Assembly (NCBI GenBank): GCA_045656445.1
Contig: JAZORD010000018.1
Span: forward strand, 1 to 62,084
Reading direction: 5' to 3'
DNA: 62,084 bases
Source: Eubacteriales bacterium
GTDB taxonomy: Bacteria; Bacillota; Clostridia; Oscillospirales; CAG-272
Both the position numbers and the translations under genes were made by a program. The notes below the pieces were generated by a model that ran no database searches, had not been told where the DNA came from, and saw only the letters and a program-made list of their open reading frames with translations. This document shows, piece after piece, positions 51,143 through 60,801 of the stretch. How positions within the stretch are numbered: the stretch's first letter is position 1; each line of letters starts with the position of its first letter.

Positions 51143-51739
51143 ATGAAATTTCTCAAAGAAAATTCCTACGATATACTCCGTCTATACATAAATCAAATCG
51201 GTATCACAATTTTTTCCTTGGTTCTTTATTTTTCAGTAAGTATGCTTGAGGATGAGATTATTTCCCTAAGGCTTAAGGTAGCTATATCGGTTTTTGCTAT
51301 GTTGTTTTTCTTCGCGTTGCTTTATACTGCCGCATGGGATTGGGGAGCAAAGGATAAGATAAGAGTTGAAAGCGGAAAAATGCAGCTTAATCGCGCAAAG
51401 GGTGCTCTGATGGCTCTTTTCGCTAATGCGATAAACTTTTTATTTGCCGGAGTTTGCGTTATTTCTATGTGGCTTTGTATCAAGGGCATGGACGCAATGC
51501 TTCCGGTTTCTCAGATATTTAATCTCTTGCTTAGGTTAACGAATGCAATGTACCTTGGTCTTTTGCAAGGCGTTTTTTCGGCATTTGAGGAGCAAGGAAA
51601 TCTTTATAACCTTCTTCAATCGGTTGGATATTTCATAGCTCCGTTGCTAGCAATTGCTTCAACGCACATGGGCTATGTATTCGGTCTAAAAAATAAACGT
51701 ATTTTTCCTGTCGCAAATAAGCCTAAGACTAAAAACTAA
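51143..51739 (+). CDS. Hypothetical multi-pass membrane protein
   Basis: Four to five hydrophobic segments; WDWGAKDKIR loop. Confidence 0.75.
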   Translation: MKFLKENSYDILRLYINQIGITIFSLVLYFSVSMLEDEIISLRLKVAISVFAMLFFFALLYTAAWDWGAKDKIRVESGKMQLNRAKGALMALFANAINFLFAGVCVISMWLCIKGMDAMLPVSQIFNLLLRLTNAMYLGLLQGVFSAFEEQGNLYNLLQSVGYFIAPLLAIASTHMGYVFGLKNKRIFPVANKPKTKN

Positions 51740-51750
51740 GTAATAATTTT

Positions 51751-51795
51751 AAAAACCCCCGAGTATAGTTTATCAAGACTGTATCGGGGGTTTTT
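51751..51795 (+). terminator. Hairpin between the membrane-protein gene and cwlD
   Basis: AAAAACCCCCGA/TCGGGGGTTTTT. Confidence 0.6.
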
Positions 51796-51797
51796 AT

Positions 51798-52553
51798 ATG
51801 CGTATTGTCGTATTGAATTTGCATAAATACAGACGCATTATCAGCGCTGTTAAGGTTATATGTGTAATGCTGTTGTTAATGATAGTATTCGGAGCTGTCG
51901 CAGAGGCATATACAGGCTCCGAAAGATATGCTCAAGCACTGCAAGCCGAGAGCGAGATGAATCTAGTAATAATTGATGCAGGGCACGGAGGAGAGGATCC
52001 GGGTGCTGTGGGGTACGGTGAAATATACGAAAAGGATTTGAATCTTGAGATTGCTGCCTGTCTTGGAGCTCTGCTTGAAGAGCGAGGGTTCGCAGTTATG
52101 TATACCAGAACCGAGGATAAGCTGCTTTATACCGAAGAGGAAAACATTAAGGGGATTAGAAAGATATCAGATTTAAAAAACAGATGTAAAATCGCGGCAG
52201 AATATCCAAACGCTATGTTCGTGAGTATACATATGAATTCATTCGGCAACTCTAAGTATTCAGGATTGCAGGTATATTATTCAGAGAGTAATGAACACAG
52301 CAGAGTTTTAGCTACGAAAATTCAAACCACCGTTAAGGACTCGTTGCAAATCGATAATGAGCGGGTAGTAAAGCCAGGCAAGAATATGTACATTATGGAA
52401 AACGTATCAAACCCTGCCGTGCTTATTGAATGTGGATTTTTAACCAATCCCGAGGAATGTAAAAATCTTTGTGAAAAAGACTATCAAAAAAGGTTGAGTT
52501 TGGCAATAGTTTGTGGTATTATAGAATATAAGGAACAGATTTCTTCCTACTAA
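51798..52553 (+). CDS. cwlD: N-acetylmuramoyl-L-alanine amidase, CwlD-like
   Basis: N-terminal TM, IDAGHGGEDPGA, EKDLNL, DLKNR, SIHMN, GLQVYY, LIECGFLTN. Confidence 0.75.
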   Translation: MRIVVLNLHKYRRIISAVKVICVMLLLMIVFGAVAEAYTGSERYAQALQAESEMNLVIIDAGHGGEDPGAVGYGEIYEKDLNLEIAACLGALLEERGFAVMYTRTEDKLLYTEEENIKGIRKISDLKNRCKIAAEYPNAMFVSIHMNSFGNSKYSGLQVYYSESNEHSRVLATKIQTTVKDSLQIDNERVVKPGKNMYIMENVSNPAVLIECGFLTNPEECKNLCEKDYQKRLSLAIVCGIIEYKEQISSY

Positions 52554-52572
52554 AATCATAAAGGATGTCTAA

Positions 52573-53955
52573 ATGAAAGCACCTAAAATCACCTTTGTAT
52601 GCCGTGAATGCGGATATAACAGCATTAAATGGCTGGGAAAATGCCCGGATTGCGAAGCCTGGAGCTCCTTTGATGAAATAGAGCTTCGGGATACGGTGGC
52701 ATCCCAAAAGAAAACAGGAATAAGCTACGCTGAAAAATTTTCTGAACTTGCTCTTCCAACTTATCTGCGTTCTAAAACGGGGATGTCAGAGCTTGACAGA
52801 GTGCTTGGAGGAGGTCTTGTGGCAAGTTCTGTCGTTTTGCTCTCAGGAGAACCGGGAATAGGAAAATCAACGCTGCTTTTGCAAATATCGGCAAATCTTG
52901 CAAAATCCCGCACGGTGCTTTACGTCTCTGGAGAGGAATCCAAGGGGCAACTTAAGCTGCGCGCAGAAAGGCTCAAGGTCGTCGCGGATTCGCTTTATCT
53001 TTTAACCGAAACGGATATAGACGCAGTACTTGACGAATGCCAACAAATGAAGCCTGATGTAATTATTATCGATTCAATTCAAACGATCTCCTCTATGCGT
53101 TTTTCTTCTGCACCCGGCACTATAACGCAGGTTCGTGAGGGAGCTATGTCTCTTATCAATTATGCAAAGAGTACAGGCGCTGCCGTGTTTCTTGTCGGTC
53201 ACGTAAACAAAGAGGGCGGTATCTCAGGGCCGAAGATACTTGAGCATATGGTGGATGCCGTTCTTTATTTCGAGGGAGAAAGGACGAATTCTTACAGAAT
53301 AATCCGCGCTATTAAAAACCGCTTTGGCTCAACTAATGAAATCGGCGTTTTCGAAATGGGTGACACCGGGCTTATTGAAATAACAAATCCAAGCGAGGTA
53401 ATTATAGCCGAGCGTCCCAAAAATACAAGCGGCTCCTGTGCGGGATGCGTAATGCAGGGAACCCGTCCTATCATATCCGAAATACAATCGCTCGTTTCCA
53501 AAACATTTTATCCGACAGGAAAGAGAACGGCAGACGGTTTTGATTATAACCGTATGTGTCTGTTAATAGCCGTTCTTGAAAAACGTATGGGACTTAAGTT
53601 TTACGAAAATGACGTGTATCTGAACGTTGCCGGTGGTATTCATCTTGACGAGCCAAGCGCAGACCTTTCTATTGCAATGGCACTTATCAGCGGTATTACG
53701 GATAAGGTTATACCTGACGACCTCATTGCCTTTGGTGAAATAGGATTATCAGGTGAGGTTAGGGCAGTGTCGCATATAGATTATCGTGTTAAAGAGGCGG
53801 TAAGGCTTGGTTTTACCAAAATAGTATTACCTAAGAAAAACATATCACCGGCGCTTAAGGTGCCCGAAGGGGTAGAGCTTCTTGGCGTAAGTAATATTTA
53901 TCAGGTGTTAATTCATATGCGTTCCAAGGCGAATGATGGCAATATTACTACTTAA
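52573..53955 (+). CDS. radA: DNA repair protein RadA/Sms
   Basis: C4 zinc finger, GEPGIGKST, KNRFG, GEIGLSGE. Confidence 0.98.
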   Translation: MKAPKITFVCRECGYNSIKWLGKCPDCEAWSSFDEIELRDTVASQKKTGISYAEKFSELALPTYLRSKTGMSELDRVLGGGLVASSVVLLSGEPGIGKSTLLLQISANLAKSRTVLYVSGEESKGQLKLRAERLKVVADSLYLLTETDIDAVLDECQQMKPDVIIIDSIQTISSMRFSSAPGTITQVREGAMSLINYAKSTGAAVFLVGHVNKEGGISGPKILEHMVDAVLYFEGERTNSYRIIRAIKNRFGSTNEIGVFEMGDTGLIEITNPSEVIIAERPKNTSGSCAGCVMQGTRPIISEIQSLVSKTFYPTGKRTADGFDYNRMCLLIAVLEKRMGLKFYENDVYLNVAGGIHLDEPSADLSIAMALISGITDKVIPDDLIAFGEIGLSGEVRAVSHIDYRVKEAVRLGFTKIVLPKKNISPALKVPEGVELLGVSNIYQVLIHMRSKANDGNITT

Positions 53956-53967
53956 ATAGAACTTTTT

Positions 53968-54010
53968 GGCTCTGTTTTGTTCAAATTAGACAAAACAGAG
54001 CTTTTATTTT
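53968..54010 (+). terminator. Intrinsic terminator after radA
   Basis: GCTCTGTTTTGT/ACAAAACAGAGC plus TTTT. Confidence 0.8.
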
Positions 54011-54142
54011 CTACGTAGGACGGTACTTCACTTAAGCAAATAATATTGAAAAACAATGGAATTTACTGTATAATTTACTTAGATGTTTTTTGCGGGGTAA
54101 CCGTAATATAGCACGAAAAAACAGAATAAGGAGAACTTTCTT

Positions 54143-56227
54143 ATGGAAAAGGTTTATACTAAAAGTATTCGTAACGTTGCCCTCCTTGGACACAGCGGGG
54201 GCGGAAAAACTTCATTAGCTGAGTCGATGCTATATATATCCAGATTGACCGACCGTCTTGGCTCCGTGACCGACGGAAATACCGTTTGTGACTTTGACCC
54301 GGAAGAAATCAAGAGAGGTTATTCCGTATCGGCGGCTATGGCTCCTATGCTTTGGAACGGTACTAAAATCAATATACTAGACACACCCGGATTCTTCGAC
54401 TTCGAAGCTGAGGTTAGGCAGTGTGTGCGTGCGGCTGACGCTGCGGTAATTGTTGTTGACGGTAAATCCGGAATACAGGTTGGAACTGAGCTTGCGTGGG
54501 ACCTTGCGACAGAAGCAGGAATTCCCAAGGCATTCTTTATTAACAGATTTGATGACGGGGAAGCTCGTTTTTATAAGGTATTCGGTGCTATAAGAGAAAA
54601 GTACGGTCTTACCGTTTGTCCTATTCAGATACCGATTATTGACGGAGATACCGTTATAGGCTTTGCCAACCTCGTAGAGATGTGCGTTTATACCTTTGAA
54701 AAGCAGACCGGTGAATACATCCGCTCGTCAATTCCCGATAAGTTTGCAGATATGTTCAAGGAATACCATAACATACTGCTCGAAGCTATTGCACAAACAA
54801 GTGACGAGCTTATGGATAAATTTTTCAACGAAGAGCCAATTTCCCGTGAAGAAGCTCTGCTTGCCATTCACGAAGGTATCATAACCGGTGATATCGTCCC
54901 TGTATTCTGCGGAGCAGCTATTAAAAACTGGGGAATTAAAACTCTTCTTGATACTATTGCAGAATCATTTCCAAGACCTATTGCAAGAAAGGTTGAAAAG
55001 GTTGTTGACACTGAAGGAAACGTAAGTGATATTGCTATTGATATGGATAGCCCCGACACCTCACTCTTTGTATTTAAGACGGTAGCTGACCCCTTTGTCG
55101 GCAAAATGTCCTTTTTCAAGGTAATGAACGGTGAGCTTAGAAAGGATATGGTTCTCAAAAACACCACAACCGGAACTTCGGAGAAGCTCAATAAAATATT
55201 TATTATGAGAGGCAAAAAGCAGATTGATGTTGACGCGCTTTCCTGCGGCGATATCGGTGTGACGGCTAAGCTTTCAAATACCAATACAAACGACACTCTT
55301 ACAACGCTTTCCTCTAACGTTAAATATCTGCCGATAAAATATCCAAGACCTTATATGACGATGGCAATATCTCCGAAGGCTAAGGGAGATGAGGATAAGA
55401 TTTCATCCGGCATCTCTAAGCTTCTTGAAGAGGATTTGACGATAAAGTACGAAAACAATTCTGAAACCAAACAGCTCACGGTTTCCGGTCTTGGCGATAT
55501 ACATCTTGATATCATTGTTTCAAAGCTGAAGAACCGTTACGGTGCATCCGTTGATCTTTCTAAGCCAAGACTTGCTTACAGAGAAACTATAAAGAAAAAG
55601 GTAGACGTTGAGGGTAAGCATAAGAAGCAGTCCGGCGGTTCCGGTCAGTATGGTCACGTAAAGATTACATTCTCACCGGGTGAGGCTGAGGGGCTGACGT
55701 TTACCGAGTCTGTATTCGGCGGAGCAGTTCCGAAGAATTTTTTTCCGGCAGTAGAGCAGGGACTTCGTGAGTGTATGCAAAAGGGTGTCCTCGCGGGATA
55801 TCCCGTGGTTAACCTTGCAGCAAATCTTTATGACGGCTCATACCACGACGTTGACTCTAATGAAATTTCATTCAAACTTGCTGCAGCTATCGCCTACCGT
55901 GAAGGACTTCCTAAGGCGCAGCCGGTTATTCTTGAGCCGGTTGGTGAGCTTAAGGTTCGTGTTCCCGATAACTACGTCGGTGACGTTATGGGAGATTTAA
56001 ATAAGCGTCGCGGCAGGGTAATGGGAATTGAGCCAGCGGAGGACGGAAGTTCAACTCAGACAGTTTTGGCAGAGGTTCCTTTCGCAGAAATGACCGATTA
56101 TGTTATATCCCTTCGCGCAATGACGCAGGGAAGAGGTAAGTTTGATTTTGATTTTATAAGATATGAGGAAGTTCCCGCGTCACTTACCGATAAAATAATC
56201 GCTGAAGCAAAACAGAACTCAAACTAA
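54143..56227 (+). CDS. Elongation factor G paralogue (EF-G II type), outside the str operon
   Basis: GHSGGGKT, DTPG, YRETI, KKQSGGSGQYG, DGSYHDVDS, LRAMTQGRG. Confidence 0.92.
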   Translation: MEKVYTKSIRNVALLGHSGGGKTSLAESMLYISRLTDRLGSVTDGNTVCDFDPEEIKRGYSVSAAMAPMLWNGTKINILDTPGFFDFEAEVRQCVRAADAAVIVVDGKSGIQVGTELAWDLATEAGIPKAFFINRFDDGEARFYKVFGAIREKYGLTVCPIQIPIIDGDTVIGFANLVEMCVYTFEKQTGEYIRSSIPDKFADMFKEYHNILLEAIAQTSDELMDKFFNEEPISREEALLAIHEGIITGDIVPVFCGAAIKNWGIKTLLDTIAESFPRPIARKVEKVVDTEGNVSDIAIDMDSPDTSLFVFKTVADPFVGKMSFFKVMNGELRKDMVLKNTTTGTSEKLNKIFIMRGKKQIDVDALSCGDIGVTAKLSNTNTNDTLTTLSSNVKYLPIKYPRPYMTMAISPKAKGDEDKISSGISKLLEEDLTIKYENNSETKQLTVSGLGDIHLDIIVSKLKNRYGASVDLSKPRLAYRETIKKKVDVEGKHKKQSGGSGQYGHVKITFSPGEAEGLTFTESVFGGAVPKNFFPAVEQGLRECMQKGVLAGYPVVNLAANLYDGSYHDVDSNEISFKLAAAIAYREGLPKAQPVILEPVGELKVRVPDNYVGDVMGDLNKRRGRVMGIEPAEDGSSTQTVLAEVPFAEMTDYVISLRAMTQGRGKFDFDFIRYEEVPASLTDKIIAEAKQNSN

Positions 56228-56359
56228 AATAATTTAAAAGCTCCGATCGTCAATTTTTGTCTGTCGGAGCTTTTCGTGACACCCTTTTGTCGAAAAAACT
56301 TGACTAAATCCCTTATTTATGGTATAATAAATCGTTACTTTTGAATAAGGAATAATTTT

Positions 56360-57304
56360 ATGCAGGATATAAAAGAAATTGTTGAAAAAGATTGCCGTTA
56401 TGATAACATAGTTACCTACGACACCCCGGCATATAAAAAACGTAGACACCGTCTTGGCGATCGCAAGGACGGGAGGAGGGTTCGTACGCTCCCTCCTATG
56501 AATTATGTCGTGCCTTACATAATGAAGATGCGTTGCGATGCGCAGAATTATTTTGAAGACGTAATTGATATAACCAACATAGAAAGATATCTTGACGAGA
56601 AGCATAGGGAAGGATATACAGATATGACAATCCTTCACGTTATTCTCGCAGCCTACGTCCGTGTTGTTGCTGAGAGACCCGGAATTAACAGGTTTATAGC
56701 TGGCCGTAAAATTTATACAAGAAATAACGTAGAGTGCGTTATGACCATAAAAAAGGAGCTGACTCTCGAGTCCCCTGACACATGCATCAAGGTAGAGTTT
56801 GACCCAAGAGATAATATATATAACGTATATAAAAAATTTCAAAAGGTTGCTATGGCTTCGGTTGGAAACAGTACTGATTTTGATAAAACAGCTCGCTTTA
56901 TAACTAAAATACCCGGCTTTATATTCAGAGGAGCTATGGCAATGCTTCGCGGTCTTGATTATGTGGGCCTCTTGCCAAAGGCGCTTATGAAGGTAAGCCC
57001 ATTTCACGGCTCAATGATAATTACCTCGATGGGCTCGCTCGGTATACCTGCGATTTATCATCACCTTTATAATTTTGGTACACTACCTCTGTTTATTTCA
57101 TACGGAAGTATATTTGCGGCAGACGCTGTCAAGCGTGACGGAACGAAGGAGAGGCATCATTTCGTTACCTTTAAGGTAGTTACGGATGAAAGAATTTGTG
57201 ACGGATACTATTACGCTTCTGCTTTTAAAAAAATTAAAAGATATCTTCTTCATCCTGAAGCTCTTGATGATTTTGCAGAAACAGTTGCGGAAGATATAGA
57301 TTAA
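56360..57304 (+). CDS. Stand-alone 2-oxo-acid dehydrogenase E2/CAT-like acyltransferase domain protein
   Basis: P.INRF, GSMIITSMGSLG, VTDERICDG; no lipoyl domain. Confidence 0.75.
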   Translation: MQDIKEIVEKDCRYDNIVTYDTPAYKKRRHRLGDRKDGRRVRTLPPMNYVVPYIMKMRCDAQNYFEDVIDITNIERYLDEKHREGYTDMTILHVILAAYVRVVAERPGINRFIAGRKIYTRNNVECVMTIKKELTLESPDTCIKVEFDPRDNIYNVYKKFQKVAMASVGNSTDFDKTARFITKIPGFIFRGAMAMLRGLDYVGLLPKALMKVSPFHGSMIITSMGSLGIPAIYHHLYNFGTLPLFISYGSIFAADAVKRDGTKERHHFVTFKVVTDERICDGYYYASAFKKIKRYLLHPEALDDFAETVAEDID

Positions 57305-57369
57305 AAACAAAAGCCTTTTAAGTACGAAACTACCGATACTTAGAAGGCTTTCTCTTTTTGTTGCAGACA

Positions 57370-57942
57370 CTAGTTGCTTTCATATCCTATGCAATTTTTA
57401 ATTATTTTGACTAAATCATGAGTTTCGGTTGCACAGTCGAGCGCTAACCATTTATGAACTATCGCAGCAACACCACTCGTAAAAAACTCAAGGTTGTAAA
57501 TCTTTTCACTTTCGTCGTTTACAAAAAGTGATATTGCGGGATAAAAAATCTTATCATACATTTTTTTATATGTGCGTTGTACTTGAAATAATTGCGGTTT
57601 TTGATTTATCAGCTTTAAAATGCGTTTGTTTTCTTTGACAAAATTCAAATAAGAAATCAATAGTTCGTCGGTAATTAAAAAAGCTTCCTCCTTTGATTTT
57701 ATTTCCAAAGGAGCCCTATTATCGAATGAACTTTTGAATTGCTTATTAAGATTTTCTATCGTTTCTTCCAATAACTCGTATATATTATCGTAGTGTAAAT
57801 AAAAGGTGGAGCGATTTACGCCGGCTTTCTTAGTTATTTCAGTTACTGTAATAAATTCTATATTCTTCTTTTCCAGTAATGATACTAGGGCTTGATTCAT
57901 TAGGTTTGCCGTATAAATATATTTGCCTTTATTTTTTTCCAT
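57370..57942 (-). CDS. TetR/AcrR family regulator
   Basis: ITVTEITKKAGVNRSTFYLHY. Confidence 0.92.
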   Translation of the reverse strand: MEKNKGKYIYTANLMNQALVSLLEKKNIEFITVTEITKKAGVNRSTFYLHYDNIYELLEETIENLNKQFKSSFDNRAPLEIKSKEEAFLITDELLISYLNFVKENKRILKLINQKPQLFQVQRTYKKMYDKIFYPAISLFVNDESEKIYNLEFFTSGVAAIVHKWLALDCATETHDLVKIIKNCIGYESN

Positions 57943-58591
57943 TTTTGGACATCCTCAAATCTGAATTTGCAGTATGTATCATAAAGACTGCACATGCGAT
58001 TATAAAAATAGAAACAACCCCGCTTAAAATAGGTAAAATTATATTGCGTAACGGCTCATTTTCTTCACCAAAGGTTATAAGCATAGTGTTAGTCAGTGTC
58101 ACTAAGGAAACGCTTGCTGAGATAAGGCTGATAATTTTGATGCTGGAATAAACGTAGTCTTTTTGTTTAAAATACCTTATACTGTTTAATATTGCGACTG
58201 TCAGAGCAGTAAACGTGTATGTTGCAAGCGTGATAACGGTAATTTCATGGTGTTTTATGCTGTGGTTGTTAATCAAGATAAACATCATTATTGCAACTAC
58301 TAAATTTATTAAAAACAAAAAGTATCCGCAGGCGCGCATAACTATCATTTTTGAGCGCAGTTTCTTTTGGGGGGCGCTTTGTGCAAATACAAAAATGCGC
58401 GCTATTGAAAGCAATCCGTAATATACAGACATAACGAAGAACCATGCCGAGGAATAAGCCCTGCTTATTATAAATAAAAAGATTGAATAAGCAACGTTGA
58501 AAACAAGAGACAGTAGTAAAAATGATTTTACTCTGAAGTGGCTGTCGTTTTTAAATTTTTCTATAACGCAAGATAGCATTTTAATTTTCAC
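57929..58591 (-). CDS. Hypothetical membrane protein (~6 TM)
   Basis: Hydrophobic segments; overlaps both neighbours. Confidence 0.8.
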   Translation of the reverse strand: MKIKMLSCVIEKFKNDSHFRVKSFLLLSLVFNVAYSIFLFIISRAYSSAWFFVMSVYYGLLSIARIFVFAQSAPQKKLRSKMIVMRACGYFLFLINLVVAIMMFILINNHSIKHHEITVITLATYTFTALTVAILNSIRYFKQKDYVYSSIKIISLISASVSLVTLTNTMLITFGEENEPLRNIILPILSGVVSIFIIACAVFMIHTANSDLRMSKNGKK

Positions 58592-58937
58592 TTGCTATTT
58601 CGTTTGCAAGATTGATAATATCTGTTGCATATTTGTTTTTAGATTTTGTCAGTATTTTTTGATAAAGCGGATAATTAACGCTTACACCCAAAATGCCCAA
58701 ACATCCGATTGCGATTCCAACGCCCATAGTTAAAGATGAACCGGAACCAATCACTCCCATAGCTAAGCACATTGCCGTTCCAAATATAAGCGTCGATATA
58801 ATGCCAAACGAGAAAGCAAAAATTTTAGCAGGATTTTTAGCTTTAGCATCTAATCTTTTCAAAGCTTTAATCTTTGCGCTTTGTTTGGGGGCATAATCAT
58901 TTGCAATTTTTTCTGCGTAAATTTTATCAGTGTTCAT
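58581..58937 (-). CDS. Small 2-TM protein of a gut-Firmicute family of unknown function
   Basis: AAGGAG RBS; YAPK...K..AL.RLD..AK, GMCLAM-like and NYPLY motifs (family recognised from memory). Confidence 0.8.
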   Translation of the reverse strand: MNTDKIYAEKIANDYAPKQSAKIKALKRLDAKAKNPAKIFAFSFGIISTLIFGTAMCLAMGVIGSGSSLTMGVGIAIGCLGILGVSVNYPLYQKILTKSKNKYATDIINLANEIASEN

Positions 58938-59086
58938 TATGATTCTCCTTAAATGTATTGTTGTTATTTTTGCTCAAGCAAGATTATTATAACATAAATA
59001 AAAGAGAAAAACCACAACAAAAAGTGTCACCAATGTTTATTTGAGTTATAAAATAGGGGAGGGGATCGCCCCCTCTTTCACTTTGC

Positions 59087-59130
59087 AAAAAAAAAGAAAC
59101 AGTATACCAGAATGGTTATACTGTTTCTTT
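59087..59130 (-). terminator. Terminator after tRNA-Ser
   Basis: AAAGAAACAGTATA/TATACTGTTTCTTT with a minus-strand T run. Confidence 0.8.
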
Positions 59131-59221
59131 GGCGGAGAGAAAGGGATTCGAACCCTTGAAACCGTATTAGGGTTTACACGATTTCCAGTCGTGCGCCTTA
59201 GACCAACTCGGCCATCTCTCC
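59130..59221 (-). tRNA. tRNA-Ser(GGA)
   Basis: GGAGAGA acceptor stem, CACGA-CTGGAAA-TCGTG anticodon arm, long variable arm, GGTTCGAATCC, encoded CCA. Confidence 0.98.
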
Positions 59222-59232
59222 AAGACCATTAC

Positions 59233-59330
59233 ATTATAACAGATGTGTATATAAAAGTCAAGATGTTTTTTTCACTTTTGAAAGTTTTTTATTTTTAACA
59301 CTTGACAAAATTTGCTTTAGTACATATAAT
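59233..59330. promoter_or_regulatory. Divergent sigma-A promoters (tRNA-Ser and aspartate kinase)
   Basis: Minus: TTGACT-N17-TATAAT at 59261-59233; plus: TTGACA-N17-TATAAT at 59302-59330. Confidence 0.8.
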
Positions 59331-59361
59331 ATTACTATATGTTTATTTTAGGAGTATAAAA

Positions 59362-60675
59362 ATGAGTTTAAAGGTTTTAAAGTTTGGCGGTTCTTCGCTC
59401 GCTGATGCTTCTCATTTTCGGGCAGTCGCCGATATTGTAAAGGCGGAGCCTAATAGAAGGTACGTTGTTGCATCTGCACCCGGTAAGAGAATGAGTGGCG
59501 ACGCTAAGGTTACCGACCTTCTGTATAAGTGCTATGAGCTCGCTACAAACGACGAGGATATCACCGAGGTTTTTGAAGAAATCAAAGGACGCTATAATGA
59601 TATAATTGCTGACCTTGGTATAAAGCTTGATCTTACCGAAGCATTTGAGAAAATTCGCATGTCCTTGCTTCATAGCACGGGACGCGACTATATTGCATCG
59701 CGCGGCGAGTATCTTAATGCTATGATACTTGCAAAGTATCTTGAGTTTGATTTCGTAGATGCAAAGAAGGTTATCTTCTTTAAGGAAGATGGAAGCTTTG
59801 ACTCCGAAAAAACAAACGACGTGCTCAGTGAGTATCTTTCCAAGCATGAATATGCGGTAATTCCTGGCTTTTACGGCTCTATGCCTAACGGAACTATAAA
59901 AACATTTTCTCGCGGTGGCTCGGATATAACCGGCTCTATAGTTGCAAGAGCAGCATCTGCTACGCTTTATGAAAACTGGACAGACGTTTCCGGCTTTCTT
60001 ATGGCAGACCCAAGATGTATAGACAACCCTAAGCCCATTGATAAAATTACATATAAAGAGCTAAGGGAGCTTTCTTATATGGGTGCTACGGTGCTTCACG
60101 AGGATGCTATATTCCCCGTGAGGTATTCAAAAATTCCGATTAACATTCGTAATACAAACCGACCGGCTGATAAAGGAACCTTCATAGTTCCTCAAACCGA
60201 TGAGGTTAGCGGCGATGTTATAACCGGAATAGCAGGAAGAACAGGATTTTCCACGATTACTATTGAAAAAGATATGATGAATGCCGAGCTTGGAATAGGC
60301 AGACGCGTTCTTCAGGCGATTGAGGATAACGGAATATCCTTTGAGCATTTTCCTTCCGGTATCGATACGATGTCAGTCGTTGTTTCTACAAAAGAGCTGC
60401 ATGATAAACGCGCAGACATTATGTCAGATATCTGCAAGGCGGTAAATCCCGAAAATATATTCGTTGAAGAAAATCTTGCGCTTATTGCTGTCGTAGGACG
60501 AGGTATGGTAAAAGCAAAGGGAACAGCAGCTCGCATATTTACATCTCTTGCAAACGCAGGCGTCAACATCAGGATGATTGACCAAGGCTCTTCTGAGCTT
60601 AATATCATAGTCGGCGTTGATTCTAATGACTATATAACAGCTTTGCGTGCAATTTATTCTGAGTTTGTAAAGTAA
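59362..60675 (+). CDS. Aspartate kinase (YclM/AK-III type)
   Basis: KFGGSSLA, SRGE, FSRGGSD, WTDVSG, two ACT domains. Confidence 0.95.
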   Translation: MSLKVLKFGGSSLADASHFRAVADIVKAEPNRRYVVASAPGKRMSGDAKVTDLLYKCYELATNDEDITEVFEEIKGRYNDIIADLGIKLDLTEAFEKIRMSLLHSTGRDYIASRGEYLNAMILAKYLEFDFVDAKKVIFFKEDGSFDSEKTNDVLSEYLSKHEYAVIPGFYGSMPNGTIKTFSRGGSDITGSIVARAASATLYENWTDVSGFLMADPRCIDNPKPIDKITYKELRELSYMGATVLHEDAIFPVRYSKIPINIRNTNRPADKGTFIVPQTDEVSGDVITGIAGRTGFSTITIEKDMMNAELGIGRRVLQAIEDNGISFEHFPSGIDTMSVVVSTKELHDKRADIMSDICKAVNPENIFVEENLALIAVVGRGMVKAKGTAARIFTSLANAGVNIRMIDQGSSELNIIVGVDSNDYITALRAIYSEFVK

Positions 60676-60685
60676 GATTCATCTA

Positions 60686-60776
60686 AAGGCGAAAACTTTT
60701 CGTTTTCGCCTTTTTTATTGTTAGCACAAAACAAAAAACAATCGACGGCTTTACTAAAAGCCGTCGATTGTTTTTT
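60686..60776. terminator. Two terminator hairpins between convergent genes
   Basis: AAAGGCGAAAAC/GTTTTCGCCTTT and AAAAAACAATCGACGGCTTT/AAAGCCGTCGATTGTTTTTT. Confidence 0.85.
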
Positions 60777-60801
60777 ATTTAAAGTAGGGAAGAGTAGAAT
60801 A

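Noticed and set aside
56234..57007. 257-aa antisense ORF and other shadow ORFs in the track (e.g. 9143-9784, 39364-39846, 9902-10108)
   Set aside because: They overlap well-supported genes on the opposite strand or frame, or lie in AT-rich regulatory DNA; they lack RBS and motifs
49948..59221. Integrative element bounded by the recombinase and tRNA-Ser
   Set aside because: The intervening genes are core (cwlD, radA, EF-G paralogue) and no duplicated tRNA 3' end was found
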